Below are positions 34,444-45,837 of a stretch of DNA of 64,000 bases, piece by piece. The stretch's first letter is position 1. Every line of letters begins with the position of its first letter. Origin of the DNA: Eukaryota sp. TZLM1-RC (lineage: Eukaryota > Protista > Metamonada: BaSk clade); the NCBI GenBank assembly GCA_040285825.1, contig JAUPSS010000004.1, forward strand, positions 5,113,784 to 5,177,783, given 5' to 3'. The notes under the pieces are model-generated. The model saw only the letters and a program-made list of their open reading frames with translations. It searched no databases and was not told the origin of the DNA. Position numbers and translations under genes: made by a program.

Positions 34444-36059
34444 TGATTATCACCATGGCTGATTCAACATCACCCATATCATGACTCACATGATGACTGA
34501 AAAAAGTGCAATACTCTACCCCTACGGAAGAATCAGAACGACGATTCATATAGGAAATCGAGGCTTTGACCTTCAGTTTATTCCTGTAAAACAGGATGAC
34601 TGATCCCGACTGAGGAGTTCGGGAGCAAGTACTCTGCTGTTCTCTGAAGAACAAGTTGAAGGAGGAGGTGGGAACTGAGTCCGTAACCTCGTTATCCTTT
34701 TTCTCCTTTTGCTGCATGAATCATGATGAATCATGCTGCATGATGTTAGAAGAATGGGAAGAGTCAAGATAATTTCGCTGTCTGACACGTTGTCTGACAT
34801 GTTGATTGCAATTTCAAATTGATTGCTAATTTCCACAATAATATCAAATGCCTATTTACTGTATCTCTATTAGTGGTCATCAACATCAGCTCGATTAACC
34901 CTCTAGCTGTTCTGATCGTTGTTTCTCCGACTAAACTGTATGTTTTTTCCAGTTTCCTTCTCCTTCCTTTACCTCTTGTACTCTTCCCATTCATCTATCT
35001 CAACAGTTCTCCCTTTCTCTCTCCCTCTCTATTTCGACGGGACCTAAACATATACTTGTTTCCCTACTTTCTACTCTGTCTGTTTATGGAATCATTTTTC
35101 AGAATACTGTTATTCTCCTGTTTAACTACGGAAATATGGAAATGATGATGGATTGATTCATATTGCTGTATATCCCTGTGGTGGAGGGGTAACTGTGTTG
35201 AAATGCATACTTTCGTCAAGCATCATTCAAACTTATTCCAAGAACTTTCATTCTTGGTAAGATCGTCCACAGACGTTCTAGAATACTCGAATAATTTGCC
35301 ACCAGTCTCAGTGAGCCCATTTCTCCTCTAAAACAATACGTAGTTTTCGGACTCTTGAAAAATCAGCTTTTCTGGTTAATAACCTATTTCTGAACCTTCA
35401 CTGTTGTGAATGTGCGGGGTGGATAATAATATGTGTAAATACTAGTGAATAATATTTTCATAATTTAATATATATATATAATAAAATATAATATTAGCGA
35501 CGGTAGTATTATAGGTGAATAAAATGGAACTACACTACTATCTCCCTTCAGTATCTCTACACCATCTCTTGATTAGCTGGTGTTTGTGATCTACAACTAC
35601 AATGGCTGTTTCGTTTTTCTATTTTGAATACTTAATTTATGTGGATTTCATTTGAATTGCATACCGTGATTGTGACAGCTTTGGATTTGAAAACTTTTTG
35701 AATTTTGTCATTTTGTCCCAGAGTTTTTACAAGCACGTAGTTGTTGCCGTTAATTGAACTGAATCTTTTCTGTTTTCTTATAAAGATTTCAAATGTGTTC
35801 TCCTTAACCCCCTTCGAGCATTCAGATATAATTGGTGATTTACCATTGATCGTGTTACGTTATTACCTTCAGAATACTTGTAGTTACCGATAGTTGATAT
35901 TTCCAGCAGATAATGGTTTAATTTCTGCATGTCATAAGCATCTATTGATGAGTGGGTCAGTGAGACCCACTCACTGTTTATATAATTGAGCATTTAAAAA
36001 TTTGATCTCAGAACCTAGTTGAGAGATGGTTTGATAAAAGTTGGTAGTAATTTTCATTT

Positions 36060-36245
36060 ATGTCCAACAAACCCTCTAGAGTTGAACGTCGTACAACAGA
36101 AGGTAGACTTCCACATCGTGCACGACGTCAAAGTCCTGCTCCTATGGAGAAGGAGGACATACAGGACTTTTTGCGTTTTGAAAAAATTAAAGAACAAAGA
36201 CGTAAACAAGAGCAAACTAGACACAAACTGTTACCATGGCACTAA
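36060..36245 (+). CDS. Possible small basic protein (61 aa), unknown function
   Basis: ATG-initiated, charged and helical-looking ORF in otherwise ORF-poor DNA; no recognisable motif. Confidence 0.25.
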   Translation: MSNKPSRVERRTTEGRLPHRARRQSPAPMEKEDIQDFLRFEKIKEQRRKQEQTRHKLLPWH

Positions 36246-36801
36246 GCTTAGACTATTAAATACGAATATATTTATTGTATTGTATCGTATTTCCTCAGCT
36301 ATTCACAAGCTTGATGAACACAATGAGTGGAGAGCTTGTCAAATTAAGAAAATTGCACTGGGTTAAAAGGGGCTCACAAAAATTTACTGTTTCAATCGTT
36401 GAATGTCTGATTTTAACAAAACCCAAAAATTCAAAATTCTTGTGCACGAGACACATGAAATTTTATGTATTTAAAGACTGTTTGTGCAAGATAGCATTAT
36501 GATAATAGTAGAGTTGCAATTTATACAATCCTGTAAGGCACAGGACACTCACGAATTTATACATGAAATAAGTCACAAATCAAGCAATTCAATAGTGAAT
36601 CCGCTTTTCGTTGACTCTATTAGATTTCAATGATGAAACATATTTTCTTGAGATGCAAAGTAGTAAAACAATCACGTTTCCCTTTGGAATTGTGAAGACA
36701 ATTTTTACAACACTCAATCCATAGCAATTACCACAAGCAGTGAGTGCCAATGTATGATGAACACCTACACTACAAGAAACAATGTTAGAGAAGAAGGGTA
36801 A

Positions 36802-37113
36802 CTAGAAATTCTTTCTACCAGTAGCATGAGGAGGAAAACATCGGGAATGAACACCAGGTGTTGGAGATGGGAATAAAGAATCAGAAGGTGCAACAGAGCC
36901 AATAAGGTTGGTTCGTTTTGTGCGAGACCAGAGAATTGAGTTTCCTTTAGATATGTAGCGAATTCTGTGTGATGGTACAGATAAGGCAAGAAAATCGTGA
37001 AGAGCGAGGAAGAATACACCGCCAAATCTATCCTCAAAACCAACAAAGAAACGTTCTTTAGACAAAGAAGTATCGTGGACTAATCTGTTGATTATGCTGA
37101 GAGCGTCTTTCAT
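36802..37113 (-). CDS. MJ1316/DUF504 RNA cyclic-phosphate-recognition domain protein (LENG9-like domain)
   Basis: IINRLVHD...FFVGFEDRFGG...VPSHRIRYI...LWSR..RTNLI matches the MJ1316 pattern (V.NRI.WD...VGY.DRF...IP.HRI.Y...W.R). Confidence 0.75.
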   Translation of the reverse strand: MKDALSIINRLVHDTSLSKERFFVGFEDRFGGVFFLALHDFLALSVPSHRIRYISKGNSILWSRTKRTNLIGSVAPSDSLFPSPTPGVHSRCFPPHATGRKNF

Positions 37114-37320
37114 GAGTTACATAGAGTTGAAATTGCAGAAACTTTTACAAAGGATACCTAGTTTATGAACCTAGTTTATGAAGTGAGGGGAACGTGTGGG
37201 AATAGTGAAAACCTCCCAAAACCAAGTTGAGGGTTAAAAACCTCCCAGAACAGGCAACCAGAAGTCGAAAATGGGGTGACAAGTGTAAAATTTGATAGAT
37301 GAGCTGATTATTCTCACTAC

Positions 37321-39277
37321 ATGACAGACACCCACTCTGTGTCACGTGTATTCACTCGGTCTTGTGCACTTAACTCGCTGCTGACCCCTACAGCGGTGCA
37401 ACAAATTCGGACTGACCTTCCTTTGGTCACCGAGATTTGTCATGAAGCTTCTTTATTGCTTCAATCTTTTCTTCTAAATTTTCCGTTGGCATCTAGAGCT
37501 TTAGTGGAACAGGATGTATGGTATCTGTTTATGACCGTCATCACCACTGGTTCTTTTCCAAAGCCTTCCACATCTAAAGGCCAACGCCAATTACTCCATA
37601 TCTTTTACAATGGATTTCTTCCTGAATGCCCACAAGACAGCTCTCTTGTTTCTTTGTGGGAAAATTCTTTGGTGCCTTATAGAAATTCATTCAATCTTTT
37701 TCTCAATGCTTGGCTGCAGTCTGAGAATTGTAATTTTATTAATAGAAAAGGGCTTTCTCCTTACCTTGCTTGTCGGGCTCGTCAATTGGCGTCTAACGTG
37801 AAGACAAGTTTACCTAAAATTTGTGAATCCTGGACAAAAAACTTTATTCGTGCTCATTGAAGAGCCCTGGATAAAACAAATGTCTTTGCAAATAATATTC
37901 TTTCACTTTTGCCAGATGAACCATTAGCCCAACCCGAGGAAGTTGCTGTTGATTCTGTTCTTGAATACTACATCAATTTCAATTTGTATAATTCAAGAGA
38001 AAGATTCTTTTTATTAAATGCATGTAAGTTTATCTTGAATCTCCTTCACAGATTTCCTACCACTGCCTCCCTACTGTCCTCAAATGATAAAATCACCTTT
38101 TCATCAAAGGAAATTGGTGAGCTTTTTCTCTTCAATCTTAAAATTTCACAATAATTACTCACTTTCTTTTCTCATATGCATTGCTGGAAGAAATTAAGAA
38201 TAATACCTTTAGCTTCTCATAAAGGTTTTAAGTTTCTTGAGGTTCCTTCACATGTTTTCCACTCTTTGAAAAAATTTCCACTTATTGAAGGATTATCTTC
38301 CAAAACAAAGTTTATCAGAAATACATGTCTGAAACGAATATTTAAACAATGTCCTTACCAAAAATTTAATATCAACAGAAAAAGTTTGAAAAATAGATTT
38401 AAAAAAATTTTATTGAAAACTAATGGTAATGAACTGCTTTTGACCTTTGAATGTAAAAATTATGACTCAGAGAACACAGATGAGCTGGATGAACCACCGA
38501 AAAAGAAAAGAAGATCAAAAAATGAAATGAAAAGTAACCCTGATGCCAACAAAACCAGAGAAACACAGTTGAAGGGCACTAAAAAAATGCCCCGTCGAAG
38601 ACGTAGACATCCAGTCGAAATTTTACCTGAAAGGCCCCTTATCGGCGTTGATCTTGGCCAATCCAGATTATGTGGTTACTTCTTAAATGATTATCAATGT
38701 GGAGTTATCCCTTGTCCAACTGGCAGAAGATACATGACAAAACCTTCACCCAGTAAACAATCTCCCAACCAATATTCCGTTCAAAATTTCAACCAATATT
38801 TAAACCATTGGAATTTGGTCAGGAAGAAAGTGTATTTGAAAAAGTAATCACCAGAAATGGAAAATAATTAAATTTGATAACCGCAGACGAAAAGAGAGAC
38901 GCTTCAGAGAGACTCTCAACAAATTTCAAAGGCTGGCTGGACATCCTGATAAATTCTATCTTGCTGTGGGTTCTGCAAATTTCCCTTCTCATTGCCGAAA
39001 AGTCAATCGATATGGATCAGCAAGGGCTTTCAGAAAATGGTTGTGTTATCAAAAGGATGTGAAGCAATTGTCAACCAGTGAATTAAATACAAGCAAACTT
39101 TCAAGTTGTTGCATGGCCGAGAATATTCAAGCAGGCTCATGGCAGATGCGTATTTGTACTGAGTGTCAAATAGTATATGACAGAGATATTTCCGCTTCAA
39201 AAATTATTCAAATTAAGAAGAAAGCGGAATTGTGGCCAGAAAGATACATTTGCCCAGATGCTCTGTTGAGGAGATGA
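37321..39277 (+). pseudogene. Fanzor1-type RuvC nuclease gene (Fanzor B), 2 in-frame stops + 1 homopolymer frameshift
   Basis: ORFs 37321-37860, 37909-38154 and 38176-38847 are in one frame. Removing one A near 38842 joins them to KWKIIKF...LAVGSANFP. Motifs: IIPLAS, LKTNG, RuvC-I LIGVDLG, RuvC-II SELNTSKLSSCC, CTEC, RuvC-III YDRDISA, and NLS-like PPKKKRR. Confidence 0.85.
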
Positions 39278-39555
39278 ATAGGGAACGTGAGCATACAGAA
39301 ACTAAAACTTTTGAGACCGATCTACAAATGCCTTAGTAGCATTTGGTAGATCCACTTAGACACATCAAGTCGCGAGGCTTTGTTCTGTGAAAGCAGTAGG
39401 TGTATTTAAGTGAGGTAGCCCATTGATGAAGATCATGATTGTCTTTGTCAAATGACGCTACATGCCTCTTACAGCCTGTGAGTAGACATTGAGAAAGTTG
39501 AAAACAGGAGTGAATTTCACAGGGGAATGTATAATAAGTGAAATTCACTGTACAA
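39278..39555 (+). ncRNA. Candidate Fanzor omegaRNA / structured element right end
   Basis: Hairpin GATCTAC-AAATGC/GCATTT-G-GTAGATC at 39319-39352 and a perfect 12-bp inverted repeat AGTGAATTTCAC/GTGAAATTCACT at 39509-39549, just 3' of the Fanzor stop. Confidence 0.45.
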
Positions 39556-39562
39556 CATCCAT

Positions 39563-40600
39563 TTGATGTAGAAAAATGGGGTCGATGTTTTCCCCAATCA
39601 TTCAATGGCAATATTCCAGAAAAAAATGTTTTAAATTTGAAGTACACTCTTCGAACATTACAGAAAAGATTGACTGGAATGTATGAAAAAGATCTTTATA
39701 ATAATATTTGCAGCTCGGCTGTTTTAAATCAAGATCTTCACTCATTGTTATTGGAAAAGGGTGTTTGTGAAAACAAGGTGTCAGATTCTTCACTTTTTGT
39801 AACCATTGTACCACGAAGATTTGGATTGTGTGCTACTAATGAAGCATTTGTAACAAAAATGAGATTATATTTGAACATCCCCATTAACCAATTATTATCA
39901 AAAGAAAAATGTATTTGTTCGAATTCACCTCAACTCACTTTGCGCCATGCTCTAATTTGCTCTAAATTGATAACTTATCGTTCTTCATTACATGATGCTG
40001 TTAGAGACACTGTTTTCAATATGGCACAAACTGCAAGGATATCGTGTATCAAAGAGCCCCTGCTGAAAGAAACACTTTCTCTGAATAATTTTGGTTCTGA
40101 TGATAGAGGTGATGTATACTGTGATTGGATTGATAATTCTGAAGCTATTGTTGACTTTGTCTCATGTAATGTTGCAAACGATACTTTGGTTCACAGAAGG
40201 AAACTTAATCCTGTGGCTGCTCTGGATTTTAAAGCAAAAGAAAAACATAGAAAATATGATAAAGAAATTGAAGATGCAAATATCGATAGAAATACACAGC
40301 TGGTTTTTATTGCTTTTCCATTTTCGATAAATGGAAGATTATCAGTTGAAGCAGAAACTTTTTTGGATGACTTCCAAAAAATGGTTAAAGAAAAAACAAT
40401 GAAAAGATTTGATATTTTTTTATGGCGTTCACGGATTCAATTTGCCATTATTAATAGATTACCGCGGTTTTTCAATCGAATTAGAGAAGCTTTAGCTAGA
40501 CAGCAAGCAAATCAAGATTTTGTAGAGGAAATCTTGGTTTAATGATAGTCGTCCCATTAGTTATGATTTAATTTAATCAAGTGTGCAAATTCAATAAATT
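39563..40600 (+). mobile_element. 5'-truncated family A non-LTR copy (RLE end)
   Basis: Nearly identical to the reverse complement of 6760-7797; ends ~45 bp upstream of the FERM ATG. Confidence 0.92.
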
Positions 40601-40644
40601 AATACAACATCCACTTCATCTTTTTAACAATTGTCTTATTTCCC

Positions 40645-41667
40645 ATGAGTAAGTACGTTAAAGTCTTTTTTGCCGACGGCGCTAGCAAAACCGTTTCCAT
40701 TCAGCGCTCCACAACAGCTCAACAGCTGGTGGATTCTTTAGTGGAAAAACTTGGTCTCAAGTTCGAACCTGAAACTTTTGCCCTCTTCGAAAGCCGTGGT
40801 GATGTCGAGCGTTGTATTCACAAGGACGATATCCCGTTTGAAATATTATCTGTCTGGGGCAACGACAAAACTGCCAAGTTTTTATTGAAGAAGCGTTATT
40901 TTATGCGACCAGATATCACCCCTGATGAAGAAGCCGACCTTCACATGCTATACATCCAAGCCAGAGCTGATGTTCTTTCCGGGGACTTGAATGTCACCGA
41001 ACAAGATGTCACATATCTTGCCGGACTTCATTGCCAGGTTTCCTTTTCAGACCATCAACCTGAGCGCCATTGCTCTGGTTTTCTTACCCGTGCCATCCAT
41101 GATTACGTTCCTACCTCTATATTCAAACAGAACGACGCTCGTCGCTGGGAAGAACTAATTTTCGAAGAACATGGCAAACTCAAAGGTGAATGCGCTCTCG
41201 AATGCATGAAGAAATATCTTGAGAAGTGCCGGTCTTATACTGCTTATGGCCATATTCTCTTCCCAGTCAAATGGTCATCCGAAGGGTCTCGCCGTGTCAA
41301 TCTCCGTGCTGTTGTCGCTGTAGGTATTGGTGGAATATCTATTCTCCGTATACCAAGCAAGGAAGTAATTGGAACTCATCCCTTCAATGATATTCTCTCG
41401 TGGGGTTGCTCTGCCACCACTTTTGCTTTCACTGTAGGAGATCCTGAAACCATTAACGCTGGAATTGCTGAACAACGCAAATTTACTTTTGAAACACGTA
41501 GAGGAAATGAAATCACTAGTGCTGTTCAAGGATATGTTGATCTTCTCATTGTACAAATGTCACGTGATGACCAAGAATTTAATGAAGCTAGACAATCAGC
41601 AGTTGCAGCCAAAAAGGAGGTTAAGGAAGCCGCTTTTGAAGAAGATAATGAAACTGTCGATAATTAA
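40645..41667 (+). CDS. FERM-domain protein (talin-head/myosin-tail-like)
   Basis: F1 (KVFFADGASKTV), F2 (LYIQARADVLSG...LAGLHCQV) and F3 PH-like (YGHILF...ILSWG...FETRRGNEI) lobes. Confidence 0.9.
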   Translation: MSKYVKVFFADGASKTVSIQRSTTAQQLVDSLVEKLGLKFEPETFALFESRGDVERCIHKDDIPFEILSVWGNDKTAKFLLKKRYFMRPDITPDEEADLHMLYIQARADVLSGDLNVTEQDVTYLAGLHCQVSFSDHQPERHCSGFLTRAIHDYVPTSIFKQNDARRWEELIFEEHGKLKGECALECMKKYLEKCRSYTAYGHILFPVKWSSEGSRRVNLRAVVAVGIGGISILRIPSKEVIGTHPFNDILSWGCSATTFAFTVGDPETINAGIAEQRKFTFETRRGNEITSAVQGYVDLLIVQMSRDDQEFNEARQSAVAAKKEVKEAAFEEDNETVDN

Positions 41668-42284
41668 CTGTTTTTGTAATAAATTTGTAGATTCCATAAG
41701 TCAATAGTTAGAAGTTAAACAGTTGAACTTGGTTAATATTATATTTCAACATGATATCCATTATTGATGACTAGATTAACGCTATGAAACTTTGTCTTCT
41801 GGGGAAGATATGACAAATTTGCAAAGAATTTTGAAAAATAGACGGGTTTTTCTTATTTTGGGGTTTTCAAAAAAAAATTTGTGTCAAGTTACAAACCATT
41901 TGCCCTCTTTCTTTCACCGTTTTTCACCATTGCTGAATTGCTAAATGGATTGGTAATACTAATGTGTATAGCGGAACTTCAATCAAAAATACAACTTTTC
42001 TTGTGTTTACATCACCTTGAATCATGAACACTGCAACTCAACATTGAAAACAAATTCTCATTTTAATTTCGTGTTTGCAAAACTGGTTATTTCTAAAAAG
42101 CAAATCACATTTTGAATTGTGTACGACACTCATTCTCGAACTCACACTTATCGTATTTATGTTTGTCAACAGCCTACTTTTTAACTTTGAGCAATCTGTT
42201 ATTCTTAAGATCATGAATTTCTCAAAGGCTATGCAATTGGCCAAATTTGTTGTGTCTCAAAATTTAATAAATTTATAATACATG

Positions 42285-44229
42285 TATTTATTGAATTTGC
42301 ACACTTAATTAAATTAACTCATAACTAATGGGACGACTATCATTGAACCAAGATTTCCTCTACAAAATCTTGATCTGCTTGCTGTCTAGCTAAAGCTTCT
42401 CTTATTCTTTTGAAAAACCGAGGTAATCTATTAATAAGGGCAAATTGAATCCGTGAACGCCATAAAAAAATATCAAATCTTTTCATTGTTTTTCCTTGAA
42501 CCATTTTTTGGAAGTCATTCAAAAAAGTTTCTGCTTCAACTGATAATCTTCCGTTTATCGAAAATGGGAAAGCAATAAAAACTAGCTGTGTGTTTCTATC
42601 AGCATTAGCCTCTTCAATTACTTTATCATATTTTCTATGTTTTTCTTTTGCTTTAAAATCAAGAGCAGTCACAGGATTAAGTTTTCTTCTGTGAACCAAA
42701 GTATCATTTGCAACATTACAAGAGACAAAGTCAACGATAGCTTCAGAATTATCAATCCAATCACAGTATACATCACCTCTATCATCAGAACCAAAATTTT
42801 CCAGAGAAAGTGTTTCCTTCAGCAGGGGCTCTTTGATACACGATATTCTTGCAGTTTGTGCCATATTGAAAACAGTGTCTCTAACAGCATCATGTAATGA
42901 AGAACGATAAGTTATCAATTTAGATCAATTCAGAGCATGGCGCAAAGTGAGTTAAGGTGAATTCGAACAAATACATTTTTCTTTTGATAATAATTGATTA
43001 ATGGGGATATTCAAATATAATCTCATTTTTGTTACAAATGCTTCATTAGTGGCATACAATCCAAATCTTCGTGGTACAATGGTTACAAAAAGTGAAGAAT
43101 CTGATAACTTACTTTCACAAACACCCTTTTCCAATAACAATGAGTGAAGATCTTGATTTAAAACAGCCGAGCTGCATATATTATTATAAAGATCATTTTC
43201 ATACATTCCAGTCAATCGTTTCTGTGATGTTCGAAGAGTGTACTTCAAATTTAAAACATACTTTTCTGGAATATTGCCATTGAATGATTGGGGAAAGCAT
43301 CGACCTCATTTTTCTGCATCAATTTTTGAAATTTCTCCATTTAATGCAAAAACAGTGGAACTTTGCGTTGCCATCAATAAATCTTCCCAATATGCAAATC
43401 TTTCGGAAAACTCAAAGATTGCATTTCTGCATCCACCAACAAAAGCATACGAGGTAAGAATAGAAGCCTTCATTCACCCTAAACCACCATAATGTGGACT
43501 AAAGTAAGCATGGTCTGGAATTTGGAACATTTTACATCCCAGTAATTGTGACAGAACATTTGCACGTAATTCATTAAACTTCTGAGCCAAAGACCTAGTG
43601 ACAAAAGGATTTGTAGATCGAAATATATGATTGAGATTGGAACTAAAACACAGTCTTATAATGGTAAATTTGATGTGTTTATGTATATCTAAATTCATCA
43701 TTCGGTCAATTTTGTCAGAAATTTAGTTCAATTTTTCAAACAATTTTTTTGGTAATTTCATCATTATTTCCTAAAAACGAACCCAAATGACGAATAGCAT
43801 TAATTGAATATAATTTGGCTTGAATTTCAATTCCATCAATTATTGTGGAAATTGGAGAATTCGATAACAAAACACATTTAAGTAAATTAAGTCGGAGACC
43901 AATTTTGGTAAATAATTCTTTGAAACATACAGTTGCTTGTTTCACAATATTTAAATCACCAATAAGCACAACATCATCCATATATGCAATCATTTTTAGC
44001 GAAGGAAACATCTCTTGAATTTGCAATAAAATAGGATGAATGTCCAAACAAAACAAAAGAGGTCCTAACGGATCTCCTTACTTTACACCACTTGATGAAC
44101 TCAAAATGCTATCACCAAAATGTAAAGTAGAATATGTGCAATATGTTGATTGAAAATACGGCATTAATTCCGGCATATATTGCAATAGAGCACCATGGAT
44201 ACTGCGACGACTGAGTGAATTGAATGCAT
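42285..44229 (-). mobile_element. 5'-truncated, disrupted family A non-LTR copy
   Basis: RT (YMDD) to RLE in fragmented ORFs; same 3' UTR as the other family A copies. Confidence 0.9.
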
Positions 44230-44421
44230 AAATTTTGAATTTATCGAATTGAAAATTGGCTCATTGGGGCTAAAAATAATAAAATAATATGGTTACAATA
44301 AGTCAACAGGAAAAGACATCAGGGACAAACTAGAAGAGATGTCTAAATTTTGTTTTTATGTGATAGAAGTAAAAACCACAATGGGGAAAATCGCAATATT
44401 TACTAACTGACGACTCTCCCA

Positions 44422-45000
44422 ATGCAGCATTATCAACAGAACTTCATCAAGGGCATTGATCTTATCCAAAGCTCTTTCAATCATCTTACGGATTCTTTCT
44501 CTGATCAGAATTCTAAACTGCAAGAAGAAAATCAAGCACTACGAAATCGGATCGCCGATTTAGAGAAAGAGCTCAGTGTATATCAACACAAATACAGTAC
44601 ACTTCGTACCAAAATTGCACAGCTTTCTGATGAAAAGGTGGATGACGATCGTTACCGCGAATCACATTTGTCACCCACATTTTCTACACAGCCTCTGAAC
44701 GAGTTACAAGGCTTACTTGCTCAAGATGTTGTTCGAGAATCAGGCATAGGAATGCGGACAAGTCCAACAGCTAGTCCATATCGATATCCACAAACTGGTG
44801 ATCAAGTTGATCCTAAACGATTTTACAAAGATGTCAAGGAAGTGCTTTCTCGTGATCAATTCACAAAGTTTGCTAGTGCTATCCGCTCCTATAATAACCA
44901 AGAACTTACTGGAACGGAAATTCTTGATATAATTCAGGCTCTCAACTTACCATCAGTACTGTACCAACAGTTTGTCAGGTTACTTGCTCAAACCCGGTAA
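44422..45000 (+). CDS. Coiled-coil protein with At4g15545-like C-terminal domain
   Basis: N-terminal heptads; C-terminal VDPKRFYKDVKEVLSRDQFTKFASAIRSYN resembles VDGKEFFRQVRSRLSYEQF...N. Confidence 0.65.
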   Translation: MQHYQQNFIKGIDLIQSSFNHLTDSFSDQNSKLQEENQALRNRIADLEKELSVYQHKYSTLRTKIAQLSDEKVDDDRYRESHLSPTFSTQPLNELQGLLAQDVVRESGIGMRTSPTASPYRYPQTGDQVDPKRFYKDVKEVLSRDQFTKFASAIRSYNNQELTGTEILDIIQALNLPSVLYQQFVRLLAQTR

Positions 45001-45244
45001 TCCCCATTTTGCATAAATTTTTTGTAATTTTTTGGTGTTTTACAATATACAATTGCTAAACAATTTGTTTTTCAACATTGAAAAACATCCACTCTTTACA
45101 TGAAACAGATGAAATAAACATACTATTCCGAAGCTGTTTGTTTCAAAAACCAACATTTTGTCAGCACTAGGGACATGCGAATTGAAGTAGAAGCATGGAT
45201 TTTTCGAAAGGAAAAGCAAATGGAATCTCTTTCTTTCGGACCTC

Positions 45245-45837
45245 ATGTTCACCAACAAGCTCAAGCCTTGGGATAACCACACCCCAACCGAACTCGAACA
45301 GTCAGTTGCCTCTGCTCTTTTCGAGATTGAAACTAACAATCAAGATTTGGGTAGCCATCTCAAGAACTGTTATATCACGTCTGTCCGTGAAGTTGAAGTC
45401 GAAGATGGCAGAAAGGCCATTGTTATGTTCGTTCCAGTTCCTCAGTTACGTGCCTTCCAGCGAATTCACACTCGCTTGGTTGACGAACTTGAGAAGAAGT
45501 TCTCTGGAAGCAGTGTTTTCATCGTTGCCCAACGTAGAATTTTACCAAAGCCCAAGAAGAACAACCGCCAGAAGCTCCAAAAGCGTCCACGATCCCGCAC
45601 CCTCACTTCCGTTCGTCAAGCCACTTTGGACGATTTAGGTATGCTATTTGGAGTCACTTTCTCACCATAGTTTTCCCTACAGCTGTCTCTGGAAAGCGCA
45701 TCCGTCACCGTATGGATGGAACTCAATTGCAGAAGGTCTTCCTTGCTGGAGATGTTTCCGAACTCAGATGCGAAACCTTCCCCAAAGTCTACAAAGCATT
45801 AACTGGTGTCGCTTCCGAATTCTCCCTCCAAAACTAA
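45245..45837 (+). CDS. RPS7: 40S ribosomal protein S7 (eS7), 2 exons, intron 45639-45670
   Basis: RLVDELEKKFSG and QKRPRSRTLTSV. Splicing GTATGC...CATAG (32 nt) restores LDDLVFPTAVSGKRIR...VYKALTG. Confidence 0.96.

Noticed and set aside
30849-39277. Stop-codon reassignment (TAA/TGA as sense) to explain the many in-frame stops in the Fanzors and the 2A motif
   Set aside because: Host genes end normally with TAA (RPL7, RPS7, FERM), TAG (Nudix-like) and TGA (epimerase) and have no internal stops. The Fanzors also carry frameshifts, so decay is the simpler explanation.
37188-39289. GGGAACGTG direct repeat on both sides of Fanzor B as a TSD
   Set aside because: The right copy starts 4 bp after the stop, which would exclude the downstream hairpins; a 9-bp match could be chance.
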